Source: Clostridia bacterium
Lineage (GTDB): Bacteria; Bacillota; Clostridia; Christensenellales; UBA1242
Reading direction: 5' to 3'
Assembly: GCA_016297915.1 (NCBI GenBank)
Contig: JAEDFU010000003.1
Coordinates: 8,843-72,842, forward strand
Length of the DNA stretch: 64,000 nt
Position 1 is the first letter of the stretch. Each line of letters opens with the position of its first letter. This document shows, piece after piece, positions 1 through 10,349 of this stretch. A model generated the notes under the pieces. The model was given only the letters and a program-made list of their open reading frames with translations. It searched no databases and was not told the origin of the DNA. A program made the translations under genes and the position numbers.

Positions 1-3000
1 GCTACTGGAGTTTACGCTGGTGGTAGCGAGTATCCAGAGTATACATCAGACAAATGCTACAAACTTGTATCTAGTATTGATGCCAAGGATATCAATGAGG
101 GTTTCTGGGTTCCTCTCAGACCTTTTGGTGGTAGATTTGACGGTAATGGCTTTACGATAAGCAATATTAATATCGACAAGGACAAATACACTGAGACTTT
201 CAAAAATGCTAGTACATATGATCCTACACTATTCACAACCGAAAATGTTGGACTTTTCCAAAAAGTTTTGAAAGGTGCAAATGTATACAATCTCAAACTT
301 GAAAATGTTACAGCAGCTGGCAGATATACAAATTTTGGTGTAATCACTGCCGAAAACTATGGCACAATTGAGAGAATTGAGGTCAAAGACGCATATCTAT
401 CTTGCGAGACTGAGGTGTTTGGTGGCCTTGTTGCTAAGAACATCACAACCGAAGAGGGCGAAAATGATACTTATGTAAGACACATTGCAAGAATAGATAG
501 ATGTAGTATCAACATGACACTTGGCAAAAAGGTTGTTTATGTAGACGATCAAGCAAACGAGGTAATCTTGGGCGCTAATGGTATTGTAGGTGGACTTGTT
601 GGAAACAACTTGGGCGGAACAATCGTTTACTCTTATGTAACTGGCGAAGTTGCTTTTGGTGACGATAGCGTTACACCAATTGTTTATGGTGGACTTGTTG
701 CTAATAATACTTATATTACTCTAACTAAGTTTGCAGGTAACTATACATCTACTTTGCAAGGTGGCAATATCAAAGATTGTTATTCTAATCTTAAGACTAA
801 CTTTGATTGCAATCATACAAATTCAGATAGTTTGTTTGCTGGTGCTATTGCAACCAACACCGATACAAGCACATCTATTTACAAAAATGATTCTGCTAAG
901 GAAATTGTACATAACTATCTAATCGGTATTTATTATAACAAAGACAATCTAAATGCTGTGCAACAAGATGTAACCAAAGGCTTTGGCGGAATTGCAAAAT
1001 TTAATTACAAGACAACAACTTTTGCTTTCACTGAGGAAAAGATGATTGTTTGGGGATTAACCGAGGCAGAAATGAAAGACCAAGCAAATTTCTTGTCTCA
1101 CACATCTCAAGAGATTGAGTTTAATGACAAGGGTGAGTCTTTGGGAATTATCTCTACAAATATTCCTTGGTTATTTGGAACTGTTTGGGCAATTGATGAG
1201 GAGACAAATGGTGGCAAACCATATCTAAACTATCAATTGATATATATTCCAGATGACTTTGCAACAGCAGGCGTTCCTGTTATTATTAATTCAAACAAAT
1301 ATACTTTTGAAAAAGGTGAGATTGAGGTTACTCCTCGTATCGTTAGCGGAACAGACGGCAAACTAAATATGATTGTTGGTGAGACCTATCAAGTCAAAGT
1401 CAACCCACAAGGTTACACTTTTGCTTGGTTCTCAAGTGACGCAAGCGTTGTTAGCGTAGATAGCAATGGCGTGCTTACAGCTCTCAAACCGGGCGTTGTA
1501 ACAATCACCGTATCCAACAAGAGCGGAATCAACGATTCACTTACAGTTTATGTAAGCAAGACGGTTTATAATATTACTAATTATCCAGACCAAATTGATG
1601 TAGCTAAGGGCAAGTCTTACACATTTAGTGGTGCTCTAGTAACCCCTACAACTACACCTGCTTATGCTATTTCTAATACAAATATTGCATCAGTTTCAAC
1701 TAGTGGAGATAATGTTACAGTTACAGGTATCACAGCAGGTGACACTTATCTTACAATCACAGCTGGAGATACAGTTGTAACAATACCTGTCAAAGTATCT
1801 GATGTAAGCGATAGCGTAAGTATCGTTCTTCAAGAGAAATATATAAATGTAGATTGGAACGGAACAAGTGCAGTTACTGGATTTGTTCAAGTTAGATCTA
1901 TTACAAATAGTTTGGGTGCAGATGTATCTAGTAGTTGCGAAGTTGGTTTCTACTCTTCAAATACAAATGTAGTAACTATTGACTCTAGATCTGGCAAGTA
2001 CACAGTCAAGGGTGCAGGTACTGCAAGTATTGGTGTATATATACTTTCTAGCAATGCAGGTTATACCGGAAGAACAACTGCATACATTACAGTTACAAAT
2101 TCCGTTACACCTAAGCCAAGCACAACTCTAAATCTAAATTGTACTTCGTGCAATATCGAACTTGGCAAGACATATCCACTTTATGCAACCAATTCAAGTC
2201 AAGCTCTTAGCGTATACTTCTCACCAACAGGTGTTGCAAGTTATCAAAACGGAGTGCTAACAGGACTTTCTGTTGGAACAACCACAGCATATGTATCAAC
2301 TGTTGAGGCTGACGGCACAATCCTTTCTAACAAGGTTAATATCACAGTATTCAAACAAAACATTACAGTAACACTCAACTTGTCTGCAACTAAGACACAA
2401 GTCAATGTTGGAGATACTGTTACAGTTACAGCTGTATGTAGCGACGCTAGTCAAACATTATCTTGGACTTACAATGGAATGACCTTGGGCGCATTTAATA
2501 CAACAAATTCTAGTCTTGCAACCATTAATCAATCTAGCAACAAAAATGCAACTATCAAGATGAATGGTGCAGGCTCAGTAACAGTATCTGTGAGCGTATT
2601 GGGAGTATCCAAATCTATTACAATCACAGCATTGCAAGTTGGCGGACCATACATCTACAATGCAGAACAACTTAATGCTATTAGAAATAACCCAAGCAAA
2701 GATTATATTCTAGCTGCAAATATTGATTTGAGTTCTTATAATGGTGGCACTTGGATTCCAATTGGAACCAAACAAAATCCATTCACAGGAACAATCAGAA
2801 ATCTCGGTTCGTTTACAATTTCTAATATCAATATCAATACAGGTTATGATGATGCAGGATTATTCGGATATGGCAGAGGATGTATCATTGACGGATTGAG
2901 AATCAACAATGCAACTGTTCGTGGCGGAAATTCCGGAGCAATCATGGGTACAGGCGAAGGCATTAGTATTGCTAATTGTTGGGTATCAGGAGTAAATGTT

Positions 3001-4050
3001 AATGGTTCATTTACAGCAGGTGGAATTGCAGGCAAAATTACATACAATTCAACAATCAAGTCAAATAGCGTTGTTGGTTATACATCCATAATTGCAGGAA
3101 CTAACGGAAACAACAACATTAATTATGTTGGTGGAATTATCGGAAAAGCGACTGACTCAGTTATATACGGATGCAAATCTAATGTTCAGGGCAATATCTC
3201 ACTAGCTTCACAGACTTATGGTTATGCTGGTGGTATTGTAGGTTATACAAATTATAGGGTTGCTAATTGTACAGTTAGAGCAAATATTTCTGCTAACAAT
3301 TCAGATAGAGACTATGCTGGCGGTATCGTTGGTTATGCTATTAGTGATGTAACTAGTTGTATTGTTCTTAATACAAGCGTTACTGGTTATTATGCTGGTG
3401 GTATCGGCGGTGCTCTTAATACAACTAAGGGTAGTTCGTTTGGATTTAACGATTATACCAATGGCTATAGACTTGAGGATGCCAAATTCTATACTTATTC
3501 TGCAGATGTAGACCAAGTAGCTGTCAAAGAAACAGTGACTATCAAGGGTACTCAAATCGGCGGACTATTTGGAATTATCAACTCAGGCGTAGTTATGAAT
3601 TGTTATACAAGAGCTACACTCAATGGCTCATCATCCAATTCCGTTATGGGTGGATTTGCTGCATATATCTTTGCAAGTGGATTTACCAATGCGGGCGGTA
3701 GCGGTAATGTAGGCGTTGTAACCAATTGTTATAGTGCATGTGAGTTTAGAGGCAGTGGCAAAAAATTTGCAATAAGCGGATCGTTTGTTCACAATATCGC
3801 AGGAGACAACAAAGCAAGCAATCCTCGTAACGCAGGATATTGCTTCAATTACTTGTTTGACAAATCTCTTGCTGGCAATGCTCAATACTATACAAACGCA
3901 AATTTATTCAAAAAAGATAACATCGGTGCAAAACACTCAACTAAGGATATGAAGAAAGCATCTACTTATCAAGACAAAGGTTTCTCCACAACATATTGGA
4001 ACTTGGGTTCAGGTTATGCTACACTCAAAGTTGAGAGCAGTTTGTTGTAA
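1..4050 (+). CDS. Very large secreted/cell-surface protein, 5' end outside the window, with Big_2-type Ig-like repeats flanked by GLUG-like repeat regions
   Basis: Frame 1 is open from base 1, so the ATG at 268 is internal. GG(L/I)(V/A/I)G GLUG-like motifs recur, and a W-x-P-(L/I)...F-x-G-x-(F/I)...N-x-x-I-x-N module occurs at both ends. The central part has about 7 Ig-like repeats (…V.SSD.SVVSVDSNGVLTALKPG…ITV…). Stop at 4048-4050 is followed by a terminator. Confidence 0.8.
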   Translation, partial: ATGVYAGGSEYPEYTSDKCYKLVSSIDAKDINEGFWVPLRPFGGRFDGNGFTISNINIDKDKYTETFKNASTYDPTLFTTENVGLFQKVLKGANVYNLKLENVTAAGRYTNFGVITAENYGTIERIEVKDAYLSCETEVFGGLVAKNITTEEGENDTYVRHIARIDRCSINMTLGKKVVYVDDQANEVILGANGIVGGLVGNNLGGTIVYSYVTGEVAFGDDSVTPIVYGGLVANNTYITLTKFAGNYTSTLQGGNIKDCYSNLKTNFDCNHTNSDSLFAGAIATNTDTSTSIYKNDSAKEIVHNYLIGIYYNKDNLNAVQQDVTKGFGGIAKFNYKTTTFAFTEEKMIVWGLTEAEMKDQANFLSHTSQEIEFNDKGESLGIISTNIPWLFGTVWAIDEETNGGKPYLNYQLIYIPDDFATAGVPVIINSNKYTFEKGEIEVTPRIVSGTDGKLNMIVGETYQVKVNPQGYTFAWFSSDASVVSVDSNGVLTALKPGVVTITVSNKSGINDSLTVYVSKTVYNITNYPDQIDVAKGKSYTFSGALVTPTTTPAYAISNTNIASVSTSGDNVTVTGITAGDTYLTITAGDTVVTIPVKVSDVSDSVSIVLQEKYINVDWNGTSAVTGFVQVRSITNSLGADVSSSCEVGFYSSNTNVVTIDSRSGKYTVKGAGTASIGVYILSSNAGYTGRTTAYITVTNSVTPKPSTTLNLNCTSCNIELGKTYPLYATNSSQALSVYFSPTGVASYQNGVLTGLSVGTTTAYVSTVEADGTILSNKVNITVFKQNITVTLNLSATKTQVNVGDTVTVTAVCSDASQTLSWTYNGMTLGAFNTTNSSLATINQSSNKNATIKMNGAGSVTVSVSVLGVSKSITITALQVGGPYIYNAEQLNAIRNNPSKDYILAANIDLSSYNGGTWIPIGTKQNPFTGTIRNLGSFTISNININTGYDDAGLFGYGRGCIIDGLRINNATVRGGNSGAIMGTGEGISIANCWVSGVNVNGSFTAGGIAGKITYNSTIKSNSVVGYTSIIAGTNGNNNINYVGGIIGKATDSVIYGCKSNVQGNISLASQTYGYAGGIVGYTNYRVANCTVRANISANNSDRDYAGGIVGYAISDVTSCIVLNTSVTGYYAGGIGGALNTTKGSSFGFNDYTNGYRLEDAKFYTYSADVDQVAVKETVTIKGTQIGGLFGIINSGVVMNCYTRATLNGSSSNSVMGGFAAYIFASGFTNAGGSGNVGVVTNCYSACEFRGSGKKFAISGSFVHNIAGDNKASNPRNAGYCFNYLFDKSLAGNAQYYTNANLFKKDNIGAKHSTKDMKKASTYQDKGFSTTYWNLGSGYATLKVESSLL

Positions 4051-4062
4051 TCAAAAATAGAC

Positions 4063-4102
4063 AAAAAATAAATCCATGGTTTGACCATGGATTTGTTTTT
4101 TT
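4063..4102. terminator. Bidirectional rho-independent terminator between the surface-protein gene and spoVG
   Basis: AAATCCATGG-tttga-CCATGGATTT hairpin flanked by an A-tract and a T-tract. Confidence 0.75.
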
Positions 4103-4139
4103 GTTTAATTCCCTCAGAAATATCAAAATTTACTTAAAA

Positions 4140-4415
4140 TTACTCTTGAGGATTTGCTTTAAGTTCTTCTTCGTATTTTGCAAGAACAAGCTTATTGATT
4201 TCTTCCCTAGTAGGAGTATTGATAGGATGAGCAACATCTTTGTACTCACCTTCAGGAGTCTTACGACTTGGCATACTTACAAAGTAGCCTTGGTTTCCCT
4301 CTAATACTTTGATGTCGTGAACTACAAAACAGTTGTCAATTGTGATAGTTGCGACTGCTTTTAGTTTGCTGTCTCCATTTGGAATCAAACGAATACGAAT
4401 GTCAGTGATTTTCAA
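4140..4415 (-). CDS. spoVG: Septation/sporulation regulator SpoVG
   Basis: MKITDIRIR…[39 protein letters not shown] matches the SpoVG family signature. Confidence 0.95.
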   Translation of the reverse strand: MKITDIRIRLIPNGDSKLKAVATITIDNCFVVHDIKVLEGNQGYFVSMPSRKTPEGEYKDVAHPINTPTREEINKLVLAKYEEELKANPQE

Positions 4416-4519
4416 TTGTGTGTACCTTTTCCTTATAAATTAGCACTTCTGCTTACTATATTCTAACAAAAATAATTATTTGTCACAACTTTTTTTATGC
4501 TGTTTTCATATAAAATATT

Positions 4520-5845
4520 ATGAAAATAAACAAATTTTTTAATAATTTAAACATTTTTTTTGTAGGAATTGGCGGAATTAGTATGTCAGGGCTTGCAAAA
4601 ATTTCACTCGAAAATGGTGCAAGAGTATCTGGGAGCGATATATCTACAAACGACGAGATAACAAGACTGCAGGCTCAAGGCGTAGTTGTTTTTGGCAATC
4701 ATAGTGCCAAAAATATAACCAGTGATATAAATTTGGTTGTGTATTCTGGAGCAATATCTACAAGCAATCCAGAACTTGTGAGAGCCAAGGAACTAAATAT
4801 CAAGACCATGGAACGCTCCAAATTTTTGGGGCAAATATCTAGGTGCTACAATCATGTTATTGCTATATCTGGCACTCATGGCAAGACCACAACAACCGCA
4901 ATGATTGCAGAGATTTTTGCAAACGCAGGCAAAAATCCAACAATACATCTGGGTGGCGAGAGTGTCAATTTACATCAGAATACTGTCATTGGTGGCAATG
5001 ATTATATTATCCTTGAGGCGTGCGAGTATAGGGAAAGTTTTTTGCAACTAAACCCCGAATGTGGAGTTATTACAAATATAGAGAGCGACCATTTGGATTA
5101 TTACAAAAACTACAAAAATATCATAAAAGCTTTTGGCAAGTTTGCCAAAAACTCAAGTATCCTTGTAACTAATGAACATATCGAGCACAAAAAACTTGTC
5201 GATGTCAAAAAGACATTTGCACCCAAAAATATTTGTGTCAAAAATCATGGCTACTTATTTGATGTTTACAAAAATAATTCTTTTTATGAAAAGTTTGAAC
5301 TTAATATAATTGGCAGACACAATATTGATAATGCAATCTTTGCCATAGCAGTTGCAGACTTGTATGGTATAAGCAAAGATATTATTCATAGCTCAATTGC
5401 AAGTTTTAGAGGATGCAAACGCAGATATGAGCTTATAGGCGATATTTGGCAGACTCCAATAATTATAGATTATGCACATCATCCAACCGAGATATCTAAT
5501 AGTATCCGTGGTGTTAGTGAACATTACAAAAGTATCCTCGTTGTATTTCAGCCACACACATATTCTAGGACAAAAACTCTCTTAGATGACTTTGCCAAAG
5601 CACTCGCTTCAATTGATAATCTAATTATATTTAAGACCTATCCAGCAAGAGAAAATGAAATCATTGGTGGCAGGGCATGGGATCTATTTGAGGTCTTAAA
5701 AAATCCAAATCTAGCCTATATCGATGATATCAAAAAATTGTATGGTGTCATCCATGATGCATGTTATATGAAGATGTACGATTGTGTGCTAATTTTGGGT
5801 GCTGGGGATTTGGCTACAAACTTTTGCAAACTACTTCAAAACTAA
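4520..5845 (+). CDS. murC: UDP-N-acetylmuramate--L-alanine ligase
   Basis: GIGGISMSGLA N-terminal motif, GTHGKTTTT P-loop, Mur ligase length and order. Confidence 0.93.
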   Translation: MKINKFFNNLNIFFVGIGGISMSGLAKISLENGARVSGSDISTNDEITRLQAQGVVVFGNHSAKNITSDINLVVYSGAISTSNPELVRAKELNIKTMERSKFLGQISRCYNHVIAISGTHGKTTTTAMIAEIFANAGKNPTIHLGGESVNLHQNTVIGGNDYIILEACEYRESFLQLNPECGVITNIESDHLDYYKNYKNIIKAFGKFAKNSSILVTNEHIEHKKLVDVKKTFAPKNICVKNHGYLFDVYKNNSFYEKFELNIIGRHNIDNAIFAIAVADLYGISKDIIHSSIASFRGCKRRYELIGDIWQTPIIIDYAHHPTEISNSIRGVSEHYKSILVVFQPHTYSRTKTLLDDFAKALASIDNLIIFKTYPARENEIIGGRAWDLFEVLKNPNLAYIDDIKKLYGVIHDACYMKMYDCVLILGAGDLATNFCKLLQN

Positions 5846-5939
5846 TCGGTGAATATTTTTATGTAAAGATTTATTCTTATTTGCGTAAGGATAAACCTTT
5901 ACACGGCGAATATTTTTATCAAATTAATTACTAAAAGTC

Positions 5940-5968
5940 TTGACTATTGGGTTTGGTTATTGTATAAT
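5940..5968 (+). promoter_or_regulatory. Sigma-A-type promoter for rpmE
   Basis: TTGACT, 17-nt spacer, TGtTATAAT (extended -10). Confidence 0.55.
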
Positions 5969-6074
5969 CAAACATGGAATTAAAATTATAGTTGATTTTA
6001 AGCCTTGTAGATGGAAATGATTATGTCATCTTCTATCCCAAATAGGATTTTTAGAATTAGTGAGGTGAATACTT

Positions 6075-6281
6075 ATGAAACAAGACATACATCCAGATTA
6101 TCACGAAGTGGAAGTTGTTTGTGTTTGTGGCTCTAAGTTTAAAACAAAGTCTACTATCAAAGGCGATACAATAAGAATTGATGTGTGTGATAAATGTCAC
6201 CCATTCTATTCTGGTAAGCAAAAACTTGTAGACACTGCTGGTAGAGTAGAGAAGTTTAAGAAAAAACACAATTTAGATTAA
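6075..6281 (+). CDS. rpmE: 50S ribosomal protein L31 (Cys-containing, Zn-ribbon form)
   Basis: MKQDIHPDY…CxC…[22 protein letters not shown]. Confidence 0.95.
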   Translation: MKQDIHPDYHEVEVVCVCGSKFKTKSTIKGDTIRIDVCDKCHPFYSGKQKLVDTAGRVEKFKKKHNLD

Positions 6282-6427
6282 TTAAAAAATCTAGGCAGAC
6301 TATATTTATAGTTTGTCTATTTTTTATTTTAAATTTAGTTGCAAAATATACAAAAAACAAGTTAAAATAATTATGTATCCAAAGAATTAAAAAATCATAT
6401 ATCAAATAAAAATCAAAGGAAATAATT

Positions 6428-7324
6428 ATGAAAAAAAGCGAAATTTTGACTATTGCATACGACAAACTCAAAGCAAGTAATATTCCAGACTATGAGGATA
6501 GTGCCAAGAGACTTCTTGCCCATGCACTTGGACTTGAATATGTTGACCTATTCAAACTAGAAAATATCGACGATGACAAAGTCAGCGATTATCTCAAACT
6601 TATTGATGAGAGATGCAATCACGCACCTCTTGACAAGATCATTGGCTACAAGTATTTTTATACCATCAAAATTCCTTTTAACAAAAATGTGCTTACTCCA
6701 AGATATGAGACCGAGCTTATGGTCGATAGAATAGTCACAGACATAAGAATTATCTATGCACAAGCCAAACTTGGCGTAAACATCAGTCCAATTACAGTAT
6801 TAGATATGTGCACAGGTTCAGGATGTGTTGGTCTTGCAATTGCCAATACAACAGGTGCCAATGTAACTCTTTGTGATGTGGATAATAATGCACTGAATAT
6901 TGCCAAGAGTAATAACGAGCTCAACAACAAAATAAGAGAGTCCAAAGGCGAGCCTCCAATCAACCCAAATTTTGTGTTGTCAGATATGTTTGACGACATT
7001 AAGTGGAAGTTTAATATAATTGTTTGCAACCCTCCTTACATCAAGTCCAAAGACCTAAACAAACTCGAAATCGAAGTAAGAGACTTTGACCCAATGCTTG
7101 CCCTTGACGGCGGAAAAGACGGATTGGATTTTTATAGAAGAATTGCCAAAGAGGGGCACAAATATCTCAAGGATGGCGGAATAATGTATTTGGAAGTAGG
7201 TTACGACCAAGCAAGCAAGGTTGCCAAAATGCTTGAGAAAAATTACGAAGTCCAAATCAAGAAAGATTTGGCAAATATAGATAGATTTATAATCGCAAAA
7301 AAGAGAGTAAAAAATGCTAAATAA
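6428..7324 (+). CDS. prmC: Release-factor glutamine N5-methyltransferase
   Basis: SAM-binding DMCTGSGCVG and the NPPY motif (IIVCNPPYI). It overlaps prfA, the classical pairing. Confidence 0.9.
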   Translation: MKKSEILTIAYDKLKASNIPDYEDSAKRLLAHALGLEYVDLFKLENIDDDKVSDYLKLIDERCNHAPLDKIIGYKYFYTIKIPFNKNVLTPRYETELMVDRIVTDIRIIYAQAKLGVNISPITVLDMCTGSGCVGLAIANTTGANVTLCDVDNNALNIAKSNNELNNKIRESKGEPPINPNFVLSDMFDDIKWKFNIIVCNPPYIKSKDLNKLEIEVRDFDPMLALDGGKDGLDFYRRIAKEGHKYLKDGGIMYLEVGYDQASKVAKMLEKNYEVQIKKDLANIDRFIIAKKRVKNAK

Positions 7325-8384
7325 AATACGATTTTTGAAAGAAAAATTTTTGGAAATAGAAAAAGAAATGCTACTTCCAGAGATTATTGCAGACAACAAA
7401 AAATACACCGAATTATGCAAGGAATACAACGAACTAGAACCAATAAGTCAGGCCTATGATGACTATTCTAAGATATTGAACACCATGCAAGAGGACGAAA
7501 AATCTCTTGAGACTGAGACAGATAATGAACTTAGATCTCTACTTAACTCAGAGATTGAGGATTGCAAAAAAGAAATAGAAAAATTGGACGAGCATATCAA
7601 AATTTTGCTTCTTCCAAAGGACGACAATGACGAGCTTAATGTTATTTTGGAAATAAGATCTGGTGCAGGCGGAGAGGAGGCAAGTCTTTTTGGAGGAGTG
7701 CTACTTAGAATGTACTCAATGTATGCCGAGAGTAAACGCTGGAAGGTTGAAATATTATCCGCAAACGAGACCGAACTTGGAGGCATCAAAGAGGCACAAA
7801 TTAGAATTAGTGGCAAAGGTGCTTATAGCAAATTTAAGTACGAGAGCGGTGTTCACCGTGTTCAAAGAGTGCCAGAGACCGAGAGTTCTGGTCGAATTCA
7901 CACAAGTACTGCAACAGTTGCTGTTTTGCCTGAGCATGAGGAAGTTGATGTAGATATTAATGACAAGGACTTGCAAATTGATGTATATAGATCAGGTGGT
8001 GCAGGTGGTCAGCATGTAAACACTACAGATAGTGCTGTTAGAATTACTCACTTGCCAACAGGAATAGTTGTTGCTTGCCAAGACGAACGCTCACAACTCA
8101 AGAATAGAGAAAAAGCCATGTCAATTCTCAAGAGCAAACTCTATGATTATTTCCAAATGCAAGTAGACGAAGAGTATGCAAATAATCGTCGAAATCAAAT
8201 AGGAACAGGAGACCGAAGCGAGAGAATAAGAACATACAATTATCCTCAAAGCAGACTCACCGATCACCGAATTAACTATACTTCTTATAATCTAGAGGCT
8301 TTTTTGAATGGAGACTTGGACGACTTGATTTCAAACTTGTCTATAGCCGAACAAAAAGAAAAACTCGAAAAAATCACTCTATAA
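7314..8384 (+). CDS. prfA: Peptide chain release factor 1
   Basis: GGQ motif (SGGAGGQHVNTTDSAVRITH) and PxT-type tripeptide region; RF1 length. Confidence 0.96.
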   Translation: MLNKIRFLKEKFLEIEKEMLLPEIIADNKKYTELCKEYNELEPISQAYDDYSKILNTMQEDEKSLETETDNELRSLLNSEIEDCKKEIEKLDEHIKILLLPKDDNDELNVILEIRSGAGGEEASLFGGVLLRMYSMYAESKRWKVEILSANETELGGIKEAQIRISGKGAYSKFKYESGVHRVQRVPETESSGRIHTSTATVAVLPEHEEVDVDINDKDLQIDVYRSGGAGGQHVNTTDSAVRITHLPTGIVVACQDERSQLKNREKAMSILKSKLYDYFQMQVDEEYANNRRNQIGTGDRSERIRTYNYPQSRLTDHRINYTSYNLEAFLNGDLDDLISNLSIAEQKEKLEKITL

Positions 8385-8388
8385 TTAA

Positions 8389-8417
8389 GACGCAAAGTTC
8401 GCTTTGCGTTTTTTTTG
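8389..8417 (+). terminator. Rho-independent terminator after prfA
   Basis: CGCAAAG-ttcg-CTTTGCG followed by T8. Confidence 0.7.
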
Positions 8418-8470
8418 TTTGGACAAAACTATAAATGGTGCTATAATTAATCAACCAAAAAGGAGAATTT

Positions 8471-9466
8471 ATGGACAAAAAGACTATTTATACAGCAATC
8501 AAGCCTACAGGTATACTAACATTAGGTGGATATATTGGTGTTGCTCAAAATCTCAAAGACATGGTCAAAGAATACAATGCTTATATCTGTATCGCTGACT
8601 TGCATGCCTTAACAATCAATCCAGACCCACAAGTCTTGAGAGAAAATTCGTACAAACTTTTGGCACTTTATTTGGCTCTAGGAATAGATACAAATAAGTG
8701 TACTTTGTATCTTCAAAGTCAAGTGCCGGAGCATGCTGAGATTAATTGGATTTTGTCCAACTTTACAATGTTCGGTGAGGCTACAAGAATGACACAATTC
8801 AAAGATCACCAAGCCAAGTCCAAAGAGGTTAATATGGGACTGCTCAACTATCCAATACTTATGGCAGGCGATATACTCTTGTACGATACAGATATCGTTC
8901 CAGTTGGAATTGACCAAAAACAACATGTTGAACTCTGCCGAAACATTGCAATAAGATTTAATCACAAAATGGGAGATACTTTCAAAGTCCCAGATGTTAT
9001 GATTCGAAAGGAAGGCTATAAGATATGTGGCCTAAGTGACCCAACCAAAAAGATGTCTAAGTCCGAAAGGGGCGATACTGGAACAATCTTTGTGGAAGAT
9101 AGCAAGGAAGACATTATCAAAAAGGTTAAGCGTGCAGTAACAGATAGCGAAAACGAGATTAAATATGATCCAGAAAACAAGCCTGGTGTCAGCAATTTGC
9201 TTACAATTTATGCGTGCCTCAAGAATATTGATGTATCCTCTGTCGCAGCACAATTTGAGGGGCAAAATTATGGAACGCTCAAAACGGAAGTTGCAAATGC
9301 AATAATCGAGACGCTAGAGCCTCTCCAAAAAAAGTACTACAAGTATCTTGAGGACAAAGATTACTTGGATGAAATCTTGGCAAAAGGCAAACTGAAAGCT
9401 CAAGCCAAAGCTAGAGAAACGCTTGCAAAAGTATATAATACTGTGGGGCTAATTCCTGCCAAATAA
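8471..9466 (+). CDS. trpS: Tryptophan--tRNA ligase
   Basis: Class I aaRS of TrpRS size with a KMSKS motif (KKMSKSE); AGGAG RBS. Confidence 0.94.
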   Translation: MDKKTIYTAIKPTGILTLGGYIGVAQNLKDMVKEYNAYICIADLHALTINPDPQVLRENSYKLLALYLALGIDTNKCTLYLQSQVPEHAEINWILSNFTMFGEATRMTQFKDHQAKSKEVNMGLLNYPILMAGDILLYDTDIVPVGIDQKQHVELCRNIAIRFNHKMGDTFKVPDVMIRKEGYKICGLSDPTKKMSKSERGDTGTIFVEDSKEDIIKKVKRAVTDSENEIKYDPENKPGVSNLLTIYACLKNIDVSSVAAQFEGQNYGTLKTEVANAIIETLEPLQKKYYKYLEDKDYLDEILAKGKLKAQAKARETLAKVYNTVGLIPAK

Positions 9467-9475
9467 CTCAAAAAA

Positions 9476-9516
9476 TAAATATCTAAGCCATTTTGTTTGA
9501 CTTAGATATTTTTATT
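9476..9516 (+). terminator. Terminator after trpS
   Basis: AAATATCTAAG…CTTAGATATTT hairpin followed by a T-run. Confidence 0.6.
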
Positions 9517-9562
9517 TAATATAATGAGGGTAAATATAGTAACACTTAGAGGTTTGGTTCAA

Positions 9563-9961
9563 ATGTTTTTGACACTTAAGAAAAAAGGTCACAAAATATT
9601 TTTGCTACTATTGCAGTTTGGTGCAATGGCAAGCCTTTTTGTTGTTATGTTCGACAAAGAAGCCGTATTTATATTTAAGGATTTTGTAGATAGGCTTCAA
9701 CTTGATATGGATATGCAAATAAGCCTAATTAGGCTACTTTTGCCAGTTAGGATGCTTTTGCATAGCCCATCACTATATGCAATTATATTCTTGCTAACAC
9801 CTATTTTTGTTTTGGCAAGCAGTATTTATCTAAGGGCTAGTATTAGCACTGAGCCTTTTGTTTATGAGGAAAGCGATGTTCAATCCAAAACTTATGATAT
9901 CATAAGTTATGTTGAACAAAAAAATTGTTCTTATCTCAAGACCATGAGGTTACTTTTGTGA
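9563..9961 (+). CDS. Hypothetical small membrane protein (doubtful)
   Basis: ORF with two hydrophobic segments. It has a weak RBS and lies in an AT-rich region, so it could be spurious. Confidence 0.3.
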   Translation: MFLTLKKKGHKIFLLLLQFGAMASLFVVMFDKEAVFIFKDFVDRLQLDMDMQISLIRLLLPVRMLLHSPSLYAIIFLLTPIFVLASSIYLRASISTEPFVYEESDVQSKTYDIISYVEQKNCSYLKTMRLLL

Positions 9962-10349
9962 GATAATCTTTTTTAGACAGGGAAAATATACATTAATCAC
10001 CGCAAGTGAGTTATGCGATGAGTCTTTTTGTATTCCGACTAATTTACCTGTCTTTTTTCTGTTACAAGTCGTTGTGGGTCAAAGTCATTGTCTTTGGGAG
10101 TTAAAAGCCAATGCGACCCCAAAAAAATCTATGAGTTTAACGATTTTTTTGTGGACTTGGCAGAAAAACTGTAACAAAAATTTCTAATATGTAATTTTTT
10201 AAGTAGTAATAAAAAGGTTAATAAATTTGCAAATTTTGAATGTGAAAAGATTTTTAAACAAAAGTCAATTAAATATTCTGACTAAACACATCAAGTTTTG
10301 CAAAAAATAATATATCCGAAACACAATATTTCGGAACAAAATAAATATT

